A DNA stretch of 8,716 nucleotides from a virus (taxonomy: Duplodnaviria > Heunggongvirae > Uroviricota > Caudoviricetes). The notes beneath the pieces are model-generated. The model ran no database searches, had not been told where the DNA came from, and saw nothing but the letters and a program-made list of their open reading frames with translations. The translations under genes were made by a program, and so were the position numbers. The stretch covers positions 1 to 8,716 of IMG/VR virus record IMGVR_UViG_2579778956_000003. One strand, written 5' to 3'. Shown in pieces: positions 1-8,110 of the stretch. Position 1 is the stretch's first letter; each line of letters starts with the position of its first letter.

Positions 1-1818
1 TTATCTTGCGTTTATTGATATATCAAAGAATGCGTTTCCTGTATTAAACATGTTTTGTTTTATATCGTCTGATGCTCCAGCTCTAAATATTCTCCTGAAA
101 TATATCCTTCCATCTGCCACATAAGGCTCTACGGCAAAAAGATTGGTATCTGATCTTATTGAGGTTGTAAGATTATTTGTTATTGAGCCAACAGCACTAC
201 CTGCTATTGTTGATAGGTAAGGAGGTAGTTGAATGTAAAATGTATCTCCTGAAGAATTATTAGTTATATTGCATGTTATAACTACACGTCCAATTACGGT
301 TTTTTGTAAAATATTATGCGTATATGACTGATTTGTATATGTACACGGTATATTTACTGTTGGCTTGTAGCTACCGCTTGCGATTGGATACAAATATGTA
401 GATTGCATATTTCCACCATAAACATAGTTGTTTAGCGGGCTTGCCGAATCTGTAAATGTGAAAAATCCATCATCTTCAATGTATGCATAATCACCTATTA
501 AGGGGCTAATAAAGGTATTCTCAGAACCAGATATCAGAAAAACCTTACCATATTTCAAGCCACAATCCTGATGAGATAGGTTCCTAGGTGATAAAAATGT
601 GTTGTTAAAACCAGAAATTACATAACCAATCCCTCCATTTGTAATACTGGCTGCTTGTGTTTTGTTTATTTTTTTCGGTGAGTCAGAATAGAATTGCACT
701 ACGTTATTACCACTACCGCTCATTTTAAGGCCGAATAACATATTACGAGTGGTTCTATCTGGTGATGACATTCCCCAGCAGTGGGCCTTTGATACTTGAT
801 TAGCATTTCCAGGCATATCAAGTCCAGTAGTATATCCTGAAACTATAACGTTAGAATAAAATGAATCTGACGTTTCATGTCTAATTCCTGCATAATCATG
901 AGAGTTATTTTGATCAAAAGGTGCAATGATTGAAATGTTTGATATGTTCCATCCATACCCCTTAACAATCTTAATTCCTCCCCTTCTCATGTTGAATGTT
1001 CTTAATCTTGATATGATCGGATCCACTCCATCAGTACCAAGAATACCAACAGCATCTATTACAGAGTCAGGGGCAATATATAGACCATCAATATGAACTC
1101 TATCACCTGTATCTATTGCCGTTATTCCATCATTGTAAGGATCCCTCCACGCGTCGTCTTTTACCTCAATAACAACATCATCTGAAAAGTCACGGGGTTT
1201 TATTTCTCCGAGATGCGTGACTCGTGAACCTGATTTATGAATAAGTCTTTCAGTTATACAACTTTTACCTACAAAAATAATATCTCTTTTGTTATCAGCA
1301 GACCAGTCAAGAGCAGTTTGATTTGCTATTGTATCATCAGTTACACCATCACATTTCGCACCAAAATATTTATTTGTAGGAATGTCTTTTAGAATGTCGC
1401 CAACGCTTCTAACAATGAATGGAGCTGATCCAGTCATGACTATGTCAGCACCAGAACTACTCTCAAGCTGTTGCCTTAACTGATCTGGGTCGTATTTTGC
1501 AATGTCAGGGAAGTAGAACTGCTGCGATCCATAGGCGTCGTAAACAGCCATGCTGTAATTCTGCACAGTAACGAACTTTGATATCTGCCCGTTGTAAACA
1601 GGATACCCACCCGCGTTAATAACTATCGGCTGAGCAGTTGGAATCAGATCTCCAGTTTCACTTTCAATATAAACAGGGATTTGATTCGCTGGGATTGTAG
1701 GATCGGTATCTGGTAGCCCAAGATAGATTTTACCGTTGGCATTTGCTTTAAATGAGCGTGCCAGCGTGAAAAGCTGCGCAGGCATCCCTACCACTAAGTT
1801 TGCGGTGATATCTGACAT
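1..1818 (-). CDS. Tailspike protein (P22 gp9-like N-terminal head-binding domain, divergent receptor-binding domain); 605 aa, stop codon at 1..3
   Basis: The N-terminus [34 protein letters not shown]...[10 protein letters not shown]...[10 protein letters not shown]...KYDPDQ closely matches the P22 tailspike head-binding domain as I recall it. The first Met of the tracked ORF (1866) adds 16 residues with no RBS; the ATG at 1818 is preceded by GGAG with a 7 nt spacer. The rest is Gly/Asn/Ser/Thr-rich as expected for a beta-helix receptor-binding domain. Confidence 0.9.
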   Translation of the reverse strand: MSDITANLVVGMPAQLFTLARSFKANANGKIYLGLPDTDPTIPANQIPVYIESETGDLIPTAQPIVINAGGYPVYNGQISKFVTVQNYSMAVYDAYGSQQFYFPDIAKYDPDQLRQQLESSSGADIVMTGSAPFIVRSVGDILKDIPTNKYFGAKCDGVTDDTIANQTALDWSADNKRDIIFVGKSCITERLIHKSGSRVTHLGEIKPRDFSDDVVIEVKDDAWRDPYNDGITAIDTGDRVHIDGLYIAPDSVIDAVGILGTDGVDPIISRLRTFNMRRGGIKIVKGYGWNISNISIIAPFDQNNSHDYAGIRHETSDSFYSNVIVSGYTTGLDMPGNANQVSKAHCWGMSSPDRTTRNMLFGLKMSGSGNNVVQFYSDSPKKINKTQAASITNGGIGYVISGFNNTFLSPRNLSHQDCGLKYGKVFLISGSENTFISPLIGDYAYIEDDGFFTFTDSASPLNNYVYGGNMQSTYLYPIASGSYKPTVNIPCTYTNQSYTHNILQKTVIGRVVITCNITNNSSGDTFYIQLPPYLSTIAGSAVGSITNNLTTSIRSDTNLFAVEPYVADGRIYFRRIFRAGASDDIKQNMFNTGNAFFDISINAR

Positions 1819-1843
1819 TTCATTACTCCAAACGAATGATATG

Positions 1844-1866
1844 ATGCAACCATGATGTGATTGCAT
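1844..1866. promoter_or_regulatory. Near-perfect inverted repeat ATGCAACCA-N5-TGATTGCAT in the divergent tailspike/mnt intergenic region; candidate Mnt operator
   Basis: The two 9 bp arms match at 8 of 9 positions around a 5 bp spacer. It sits 26-48 bp upstream of the tailspike ATG and about 75 bp upstream of the mnt ATG. Ribbon-helix-helix repressors such as Mnt bind dyad operators of this size. Promoter hexamers could not be assigned with confidence. Confidence 0.35.
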
Positions 1867-1939
1867 ACCGAAATGGTACTATTGAGTATTTATCCAGTAG
1901 GTTACGATGCCATTCCACCCAACTGGTGAGGCATCAAGG

Positions 1940-2200
1940 ATGTACAGCAAATACGACGAGGCGCAGTTTCACTTGAGACTTCCGCATGAACTCCACGAGA
2001 AAATTAAACAGCGCGCGAAGATGAATAACAGGTCGCTGAACTCTGAGATAATTGCAGCGATTGAAGAATCATTGACTAAACAAAGCTCTGCATCAGTTTA
2101 CATTGACGATGCAGAGCGTATGGCAGAACAACAATCTGATATGGTTAAGAAAATTGTCTTTGATACGCTCAAGGAGCTATATAAAAAAGACAGCAACTAA
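1940..2200 (+). CDS. mnt: Mnt-like ribbon-helix-helix repressor (Arc/Mnt family), 86 aa
   Basis: The protein aligns over its whole length with P22 Mnt as I recall it: FHLRLPHELHEKIKQRAKMNNRSLNSEII versus FNFRMPMEVREKLKFRAEANGRSMNSELL, and C-terminal DDAERMAEQQSDMVKKIVFDTLKELYKK versus NDAERLADEQSELVKKMVFDTLKDLYKK. The start at 1940 is chosen because GGTGAGG lies 8 nt upstream; the tracked ATG at 1907 would add an 11-residue extension ahead of the DNA-binding strand. Confidence 0.85.
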   Translation: MYSKYDEAQFHLRLPHELHEKIKQRAKMNNRSLNSEIIAAIEESLTKQSSASVYIDDAERMAEQQSDMVKKIVFDTLKELYKKDSN

Positions 2201-2220
2201 CCATCCATTACGGAGGATTT

Positions 2221-2298
2221 ATGCAAAGAGATATGATGAATATTGCATTCTACATATTTGGTTTTTGCACTTTCCTGGTATTTGCAAAGCTATTCTGA
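2221..2298 (+). CDS. Hypothetical 25 aa hydrophobic peptide (MQRDMMNIAFYIFGFCTFLVFAKLF) just downstream of mnt
   Basis: GGAGG at 2212..2216 lies 4 nt upstream of the ATG at 2221. The product is a single predicted transmembrane helix. It is below the ORF-track length cut-off and its last codons overlap the convergent 3' end of the gp16-like gene. Confidence 0.25.
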   Translation: MQRDMMNIAFYIFGFCTFLVFAKLF

Positions 2299-4683
2299 CA
2301 ACGCATCAGACTTAGCCCCCTGCGTCAGAGCGTTAATTGTATTTTGTGCCTGCTGCATTGCTTTCTCAAAGGCTGTTGATCCGCGTGGGGTGTTTGCCAT
2401 TCGGAGCATTGCATTTCTGAATGGCTCGCTCTCATAGGCGCGAGTAAGAAGTCCGTAGCTTACTGCTGCGCCAGTTGTCGCCGGGTTCATTGCCGTCCCA
2501 TACCCAATAATGAACGGGATAGTTTGCTGTCCTGTGGGTGTTGTTACTGCCGCTTTTGCAGCCTGCTGCGTGGATTGCAGGTAGTTTTTCAATCCTTTCA
2601 GATAAGCAGCGTCCTGCCCCTTAAATGTGATGCCAGTCTGGTTTTGCAGGATGTTAAGCTGCCGAAGGAACTGGTCAGGGGATCCGCCAGATTTCTCCAT
2701 CGCCTTTCCAATGATGCCATTGCGCATTTGCGCCCTGCCAACACGACCAACTGAGTTATACAGCGTCTTAATTTCAGATTTGTTCTTGCTGAATAGCATG
2801 TTGTTGACAACTTCCGGCGTCAGATCGCCTTTCATGAGAACATTCTTCAGCCTGGTATTCTTTAGTTTCTCTGCTTCGTCAGCGTAGACGGCATTGGCCT
2901 GCTGATATTTACGGAGAGTATCGTTGCCAAGATTCTGACCAATGGCACCATTGATATCGTCGGTCATTGCCTTGTAAACGCGCTGAATGGCGGCATCGGA
3001 ACGGTTTGGTAACACTGGTCGCTCACCCTTCACGTCCATTCTGAACTGGCTGCGCAGGTCACTTAATTGCTTCAAATCCAGATTTACCGGACCATCAGGG
3101 CCAGCATTGCGAACAAGCTCATCACGATATGACTGAAGTTTTGAAATAGTCTCGTTATCAGCAACCTTACCAAGCTTCTGCAGGTTAGATATTTCTGTAT
3201 CAATCTGCTGAATTGCTCGCACAGGCTGAATGTTTACTCCAGCCATAGCATTCTGAACCTGCTCCAGTCGATTACCGGCGGCACGACGAATTCCTGATGT
3301 TTTCGCCTTAAGGCTGTCAATAACAACCGCTGGATCATACTCACCGAATTTATCGGCAAATCTCTGCACCAACTGGCTTCTCGCTTCCTGTTGCGTTGCT
3401 CTCATTCCGCTTGTGCCAGCCAGGGGGATATTTTCTGCTGTAGTCTGCGCCATTTTCCCGACGCGGGAAGTAGGCTGTAACAGGTCTGTGGTGTGCAGAG
3501 GAACTCCTTCACGCTCTGCAAACCTGATAGCCTGTTGAGCTTCTGGTGCTATCGAACCACGAACACCACGATAAGCAGCACCTAATCCACGTCCGGCAGC
3601 GTTAATAGCACCGCCAGCCAGCACACCAACGCCTAAATCGGTGGCGAGTGCTTCCGCATCATCTTTCGCACTGTTTGCAGCAAGTGATCCAACTGCGTTT
3701 TCTGCTAGAAGGCGAGTTGCCCCCTGAGCAATTCGACCAGCAAGTGTTGGTGCCTGTGTTGCCGCTCTCTCAACGCCAGCAGGAGTGAGGTAAGGCAATG
3801 CTTCGGCAAATACCCTTCCCTCTGTCGTTTGTGGAGTCAGCGCGCCTTGCTGAAGGCCAAAGTCCTGCTCTAATCCCTGCGTTGTTACTCGTGGTGCTGG
3901 TTGATATGTACCATCGCCAATGCCGAGTTTACCGCCAGCCCAAGCCGCCGCGCTTGTTACAGCATCAGTGAGTTCAGCAGGTATGTTCGCTACGTTGATT
4001 CCTGCCTGTAGTAAGCCGCGCCCGGTTTCAGCAAGTCCATTACCAAGGTCAGACATTATTCCGCCTTGCTGCTGAACAGGTTTCGGTGCGACAGAACTTA
4101 CGGGTTGAGGTGGCTGCTGACTGGCTGCCTGCTGCTCAATCTGAGCAAATGGATTATTTGGGTCTGACTGCACGCCTGATGCCGATACTTGTTCGGATGA
4201 CTGTGCTTCCAGTTGTGCAAACGGGTTGTTAGGGTCTTGCTGAGGATGTACCTTTGCAGAGGTGGCGCGCTGTTCGACTGTTGAGTCTGTCACCGGGTCA
4301 CCCGCCCATTGAGCAAAGCGATCATCAACGTAACCGCGGCCTTCAGGTCCTGGCGTATATTCACCACGCTTTGCCTTCATAACGTTGCCGGGACCGTCGT
4401 GATAAGCCTGAAGAGCGTCACGCCAGTTACCAAACTGCTGGTACATCTTTGCCAGATAGCGCGCGCCAGCGTCAGCCTGATATTCGGGGTTTTGCATTTG
4501 CTCATCGGTATAACCCATATCACGCCATGTCCCAGGCATGACCTGAGTCAATCCTACAGCCCCGGCGGAGCTTACTGCGGCAGGGTTGTAAGAAGACTCC
4601 TTGGCACCCAGTGCAGTCATCAACCCTTCTGGCACACCGTAACGTGCGCCAGCCTGCTCTAACAAATCACGGTAATTAGCCAT
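2290..4683 (-). CDS. DNA-ejection / internal virion protein (P22 gp16 position) with N-terminal lytic transglycosylase (SLT) domain, 797 aa
   Basis: The N-terminal ~110 residues carry SLT family hallmarks: GAKESSYNPAAVSSAGAVGLTQVMPGTW ... AGARYLAKMY ... ALQAYHDGPGN. It is the last of three tightly packed genes between gene 10 and the tailspike, and its ATG directly abuts the upstream TAA. A Gln/Ala/Gly-rich linker contains a duplicated DPNNPFAQ(L/I)E motif. Confidence 0.85.
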   Translation of the reverse strand: MANYRDLLEQAGARYGVPEGLMTALGAKESSYNPAAVSSAGAVGLTQVMPGTWRDMGYTDEQMQNPEYQADAGARYLAKMYQQFGNWRDALQAYHDGPGNVMKAKRGEYTPGPEGRGYVDDRFAQWAGDPVTDSTVEQRATSAKVHPQQDPNNPFAQLEAQSSEQVSASGVQSDPNNPFAQIEQQAASQQPPQPVSSVAPKPVQQQGGIMSDLGNGLAETGRGLLQAGINVANIPAELTDAVTSAAAWAGGKLGIGDGTYQPAPRVTTQGLEQDFGLQQGALTPQTTEGRVFAEALPYLTPAGVERAATQAPTLAGRIAQGATRLLAENAVGSLAANSAKDDAEALATDLGVGVLAGGAINAAGRGLGAAYRGVRGSIAPEAQQAIRFAEREGVPLHTTDLLQPTSRVGKMAQTTAENIPLAGTSGMRATQQEARSQLVQRFADKFGEYDPAVVIDSLKAKTSGIRRAAGNRLEQVQNAMAGVNIQPVRAIQQIDTEISNLQKLGKVADNETISKLQSYRDELVRNAGPDGPVNLDLKQLSDLRSQFRMDVKGERPVLPNRSDAAIQRVYKAMTDDINGAIGQNLGNDTLRKYQQANAVYADEAEKLKNTRLKNVLMKGDLTPEVVNNMLFSKNKSEIKTLYNSVGRVGRAQMRNGIIGKAMEKSGGSPDQFLRQLNILQNQTGITFKGQDAAYLKGLKNYLQSTQQAAKAAVTTPTGQQTIPFIIGYGTAMNPATTGAAVSYGLLTRAYESEPFRNAMLRMANTPRGSTAFEKAMQQAQNTINALTQGAKSDALSE
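4135..4236 (-). repeat. Duplicated 10-residue motif DPNNPFAQ(L/I)E inside the gp16-like protein (nt 4207..4236 and 4135..4164)
   Basis: Both copies translate to the same peptide but use different synonymous codons (gaccctaacaacccgtttgcacaactggaa versus gacccaaataatccatttgctcagattgag), which argues for conservation at the protein level. Confidence 0.6.
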
Positions 4684-6015
4684 TTACTGCCCCAAAGATG
4701 GAAGATATCCGTAGCGATTAATGAAGTCGATTGACAGCTCGGGGTGCTGCTTCAGGTAATCTATAGAAGCCTGAGGCGCTTCCACTCGCTTGATACCGTT
4801 TTGCTGAACGTACTTACCAACCGCCTCATTACGCTTCTGGTTGAGCGTGTTCAGGATGACGCCAGCGTTGCGACGAAAGGACTCCTCGCTCTGCGAGTTC
4901 TGCAGCGAACCAACAGCCTGGTCGAGCTTTTTGCCCTCGGCATCAGAAAGTGCGCCCATGCCTCGCATGGCCTGAACCGCTGTCAGGTATGCTTGTGATT
5001 TAAAGGTATCAAGTCGTGCCTGAGTGTCTGCAGCCTGTGAGCCTGGAACGTTGGGGATTACTCCACGTAAGCCTGTAATGCTCTTAAGTGAAGGAGAACT
5101 AACGATATCGTTCAGAGTGAACATGCTGGTTGTGAGGGTGTTGATGCCGTCTTTGTAGCCATCATTTAGCGCTTGCTGCTTCTGCTGCAACTGCTGGTTG
5201 TTGGCTGCTATGCGGCTCTGTATTTCCTGGCGCTTCAGGTCGTTAGTTTCTGCTGATAGCATCCGGTCAAGGCGCTTATTTTCGTTGTTAATGCGGTTTG
5301 TTTCTGCGTCCAGATTAATGCGCTGCTGACCTAAATTCGCCTGGATATCTTGCCCGCGCATTGTGATTGCCTGATTCCGAGCGGCGGTTTGCGAATCCAG
5401 GTCCTGACCGCGCATGGTAACCTGGCGGCCCTGCATTTTATCCTGTAGGTCAAAGTATTTTTCGGGTCCGAGACTGTTCATCCCCAGGTGATCGACAAAT
5501 TCGCCGAACTGCCGCGGGTTCTGTTGGTACATCTGAGCGACGTCCTGAGGATTAACGCCAACACGAGCTAACTCACCGGCGTTGTTTTGCAGCCATGATT
5601 GCATTGCTTCTGGAGACGATGACGCAAGGCGTGCGCCAGCCGCTAAGGTGCCGATAGAATTACGCTGGTCTTCATCAATGAATCCCATGCCTTTACGAAC
5701 AGATTCAATCTGGTCTGGATATTGAGTAGCCAACTGACGCAAAGCACCGCGATCACCAGACGCATAAGCATTAGCGTATGCCTGCTGAAATTCTTTCTGC
5801 CGCTGAGCCTGCTTTTCCTGCTGAAACACCCCCGCAATACCTGAAAGGCCTTGCAAAGCAGTCAGCCCAACATTGTTAGCGCCTGAACGCTCAATATCAT
5901 TGTTCTGCCTGATAAGCTGAAGCGTATTGCCGATGTCATTTACGCTCGGAGCGTTTGAGTTGACGCCGCCGATACCAGCCAATAATCCGCCATTTAATCC
6001 TTGCCAAGTAGCCAT
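4684..6015 (-). CDS. DNA-ejection protein (P22 gp20 position), 443 aa
   Basis: This is the middle of the three ejection-protein genes, with size close to P22 gp20 (about 470 aa as I recall). It is Gln/Asn/Ala-rich with coiled-coil-like segments, starts 6 nt after the gp7-like stop behind a GGGG RBS, and its stop TAA abuts the gp16-like ATG. Confidence 0.8.
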   Translation of the reverse strand: MATWQGLNGGLLAGIGGVNSNAPSVNDIGNTLQLIRQNNDIERSGANNVGLTALQGLSGIAGVFQQEKQAQRQKEFQQAYANAYASGDRGALRQLATQYPDQIESVRKGMGFIDEDQRNSIGTLAAGARLASSSPEAMQSWLQNNAGELARVGVNPQDVAQMYQQNPRQFGEFVDHLGMNSLGPEKYFDLQDKMQGRQVTMRGQDLDSQTAARNQAITMRGQDIQANLGQQRINLDAETNRINNENKRLDRMLSAETNDLKRQEIQSRIAANNQQLQQKQQALNDGYKDGINTLTTSMFTLNDIVSSPSLKSITGLRGVIPNVPGSQAADTQARLDTFKSQAYLTAVQAMRGMGALSDAEGKKLDQAVGSLQNSQSEESFRRNAGVILNTLNQKRNEAVGKYVQQNGIKRVEAPQASIDYLKQHPELSIDFINRYGYLPSLGQ

Positions 6016-6024
6016 GATTACCCC

Positions 6025-6717
6025 TTAAAACAACGAGCCAAGCAATCCGATACCAGCACCAATGCCAGCACCCCAAGGTGTTGATGTTCCCAAAAGGCTG
6101 GCAAGACCTGCACCGGCAATCGCACCAGACGTTCCGCCACTAATTGCTGTCTGAAGACTTGATGGTTTGTTGGCATTAGCAGCGGCAAGAGCTGCGCTTT
6201 GCTGTGCAATGCTGCTCATGTTGTTGGCGTACGTCTGCCCGGCGTTTGCCTGACCTTGCAGAGCACCAAGCCCAACGTTTGCCAGATTGTTGTAATTGCT
6301 CATCTGGTTTGATAACCAAGACTGACCGAGAGTCGGCGCGATCGTAGCCAGTTGATTGCTTGTGGCTGTCGAACCAAGTCCACCCGTCGCCTCCGCAGCA
6401 GCAAGACTCTGGTAACGCGCCTGACCTGCAAGGTCTTTATACTGCTGAGAGTTGTAATACTGATTAAGTGCCTGCCCCTGACCTTCTAAACTGGAAAGAT
6501 TCTGCAACTGGTTAACATACTGCTCCGCAAGAGGCGTGAACGGAGCAAGGTTTTTCATGATCGTCTGCCACTGCTGATTTTGCAGGTCTGCTGCATACTT
6601 CTGAGCTTCTGCGGCATACTTTGCGCTTTTATCAGAACTGCCACCTTTCCCACCCTTTTCAGGGCAATAAGGTTCCTCGCCGCGCAGTTTTCTGCCCAGC
6701 TTAAATGCATATAACAT
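6025..6717 (-). CDS. DNA-ejection protein (P22 gp7 position), 230 aa
   Basis: Length is almost identical to P22 gp7 (about 229 aa as I recall). The N-terminus MLYAFKLGRKLRGEEP is followed by low-complexity Gly/Ala/Gln/Ser-rich sequence. A GGGAGA RBS lies 5 nt upstream, and the start sits 2 nt after the stop of the upstream ORF. Confidence 0.8.
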   Translation of the reverse strand: MLYAFKLGRKLRGEEPYCPEKGGKGGSSDKSAKYAAEAQKYAADLQNQQWQTIMKNLAPFTPLAEQYVNQLQNLSSLEGQGQALNQYYNSQQYKDLAGQARYQSLAAAEATGGLGSTATSNQLATIAPTLGQSWLSNQMSNYNNLANVGLGALQGQANAGQTYANNMSSIAQQSAALAAANANKPSSLQTAISGGTSGAIAGAGLASLLGTSTPWGAGIGAGIGLLGSLF

Positions 6718-6719
6718 GG

Positions 6720-7091
6720 CTATCTCCCGTGATTCAGGAAGTCGATTAGTTCTTCGCGTGTGGCGCTGTAAAAAGTCACGTCATCCACGCCTTTGAAGTA
6801 TTTCTTGATGGTTCCTACTCGCTTAAGGCCAATCATTGCGCAGTACATCTGACCGTGGCGGAATTTGCGTGCAGCGAACGATGTGACGCACTGAACGGTG
6901 GTGTTAGTCAGAATGTATCGCCAGAACGCCAGCCCGATTTCCTTGCTGAATCCACGAATCTCTGGCAGGTACATGGCGTGGCAATCAAAGGTTAGCGGCT
7001 GAATCTCCTGATAGTAAACAATTCCGCCGAACTGCCCGTGCACGTTCACCTCAAAGTAACGGCATACAGTCCTGTTTTCAACACACACCAT
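6720..7091 (-). pseudogene. 3' remnant of the gene preceding gp7 (gene-14 position in P22), out of frame with the gp10-like ORF; alternatively a small independent ORF starting at GTG 7043 (107 aa)
   Basis: The reading frame ends 2 nt before the gp7-like ATG, with the gp7 RBS inside its last codons, as expected for the authentic 3' end of a late gene. Its 5' end overlaps the end of the gp10-like ORF in a different frame. A possible restart signal (GAGG, 5 nt spacer, GTG at 7043, overlapping the upstream TGA) exists but may be fortuitous. Confidence 0.35.
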
Positions 7092-8110
7092 TGCGGACCA
7101 TTGGCGCTTGAAGATGCGTCGTACACGAGAACATGGCGCGCAAGATGGATAATCAGCAACTCATGCGCATCAAATCGCAGAGACTCCATCACGCCATCAG
7201 CCAGTTCATCAGCAGTGTAGGAGCGTAGTATTTTCTCAATGCTCGCGCTGGCGATTGGTGATACCTGACCAGAGCCGATGATATACACAGACGGCGCACC
7301 TGTTGCCGGATTGCTGATGAACGCATACGAATCAGCGAACTGCGTTTTGCAGTAGGTTCCAGCGATACCTTTCTGCACCATTAACGATGGCTGGGCGACA
7401 TACAAAGCAGCACCAACGGTGGTTGCGCCAGTCAGGGAGAAATATTCAATCGTCGATGAACCAAAGCAGACGATAAAGTCTCGCCATGTACCTATGCCGA
7501 TGATGCCGTCAGGCTGCGATTCTGCACGATATTGTGCGCTGTAGCGGTCAGGGTGCGATTCGTCTTCAAGGTCAGTGATAAACCATGAATCAGTACCGTC
7601 TTTTGACCACGCATAACGCCCACGTAAGCGCGTAATGTCGCGAACTGAACCTAACTCATACTGCGTAAAACCGCTGTCTGCAGGCCAGTTTGATACGGTT
7701 TTAACCGTGCCATCATAGCGATACTCGACCAGTTGACCATTAACGCCTACAGCCTGAGATGTTCGACCATGCGCCATTGATACGCGGCCACTTCCGGCGA
7801 CGTCACCGACTTCGCTTTCGCCCTTATACAGCTTGCCACCACACACGCGATAAACAGCATTCTGCGCCATGTTGTACTCGACGCCTCGCGATACGCCGTT
7901 CACATCAGAACGTTTGGCAATGCCCGGGAATGAGCGAAGATATCCGCTGCTGTTCAGGATTTCTTTGGGTGTAGCCAACATATTCACTGGCAGATAGTCG
8001 ATATAGTCGGCGTTTCGAAAGTCTTTGCCGACACCTTTCATAAGCGGAAGTTGCTGAACCTTGAGGCTAAATGCGCGAAGATGGCTGCTGAAAATACCTC
8101 GCTTAAGCAA
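7046..8110 (-). pseudogene. Tail hub / packaged-DNA stabilisation protein (P22 gp10-like), lacking its C-terminal ~125 residues and probably its native start
   Basis: The region from LPLMKGVGKDFRNADYIDYLPVNMLATPKEILNSSGYLRSFPGI to QWCVLKTGLY matches my recollection of P22 gp10 residues ~9-345 at high identity. Similarity stops after TGLY, followed by AVTLR and a stop, whereas gp10 is about 472 aa. The tracked start is a TTG at 8110 with no RBS, the first ATG (8041) also lacks an RBS, and the 5' end overlaps a plus-strand gene. Confidence 0.6.

Noticed and set aside
1819-1866. N-terminal extension of the tailspike ORF ([16 protein letters not shown]...) from the first ATG in the tracked ORF
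   Set aside because: The extension has no RBS and no similarity to anything. The ATG at 1818 has a GGAG RBS and gives the canonical tailspike N-terminus MSDITAN.
1907-1939. Alternative mnt start at ATG 1907 (97 aa product)
   Set aside because: It would place 11 extra residues ahead of the DNA-binding beta-strand that begins at the N-terminus in Mnt/Arc proteins. The ATG at 1940 has the better-spaced RBS (GGTGAGG, 8 nt).
2293-2337. Inverted repeat TCTGAC ... GTCAGA as a bidirectional terminator between the convergent mnt and gp16-like genes
   Set aside because: The 6 bp arms are separated by about 33 nt, lie inside the gp16-like coding sequence and have no adjacent T-tract. Unlikely to be a functional intrinsic terminator.
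2103-2437. Plus-strand ORFs 2103..2315 (70 aa) and 2243..2437 (64 aa)
   Set aside because: They run inside or out of frame with mnt and antisense to the 3' end of the gp16-like gene, have no RBS, and their products look like frame artefacts.
2524-6209. Short ORFs embedded in or antisense to the ejection-protein genes (2524..2754, 2598..2810, 2627..2887, 4309..4662, 4744..4998, 5643..5837, 6018..6209)
   Set aside because: All lie wholly within much longer, well-supported coding frames on the same or opposite strand, with no start signals. Typical spurious ORFs.
6720-7043. GNAT acetyltransferase-like motifs in the 107-residue frame (PEIRGFSKEIG ... MIGLKRVGTIKKYF)
   Set aside because: The resemblance to GNAT motifs A and B is loose, the fragment is too short for a complete GNAT fold, and its position matches the 3' end of the gene-14-equivalent. 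Not strong enough to call.
7046-7091. Programmed or simple -1 frameshift joining the 354-codon and 123-codon frames into one full-length gp10
   Set aside because: The combined length would match gp10, but the downstream frame does not resemble the gp10 C-terminus as I recall it, and there is no slippery heptamer with a downstream structure. A deletion junction fits better. This rests on recollection and needs alignment to confirm.
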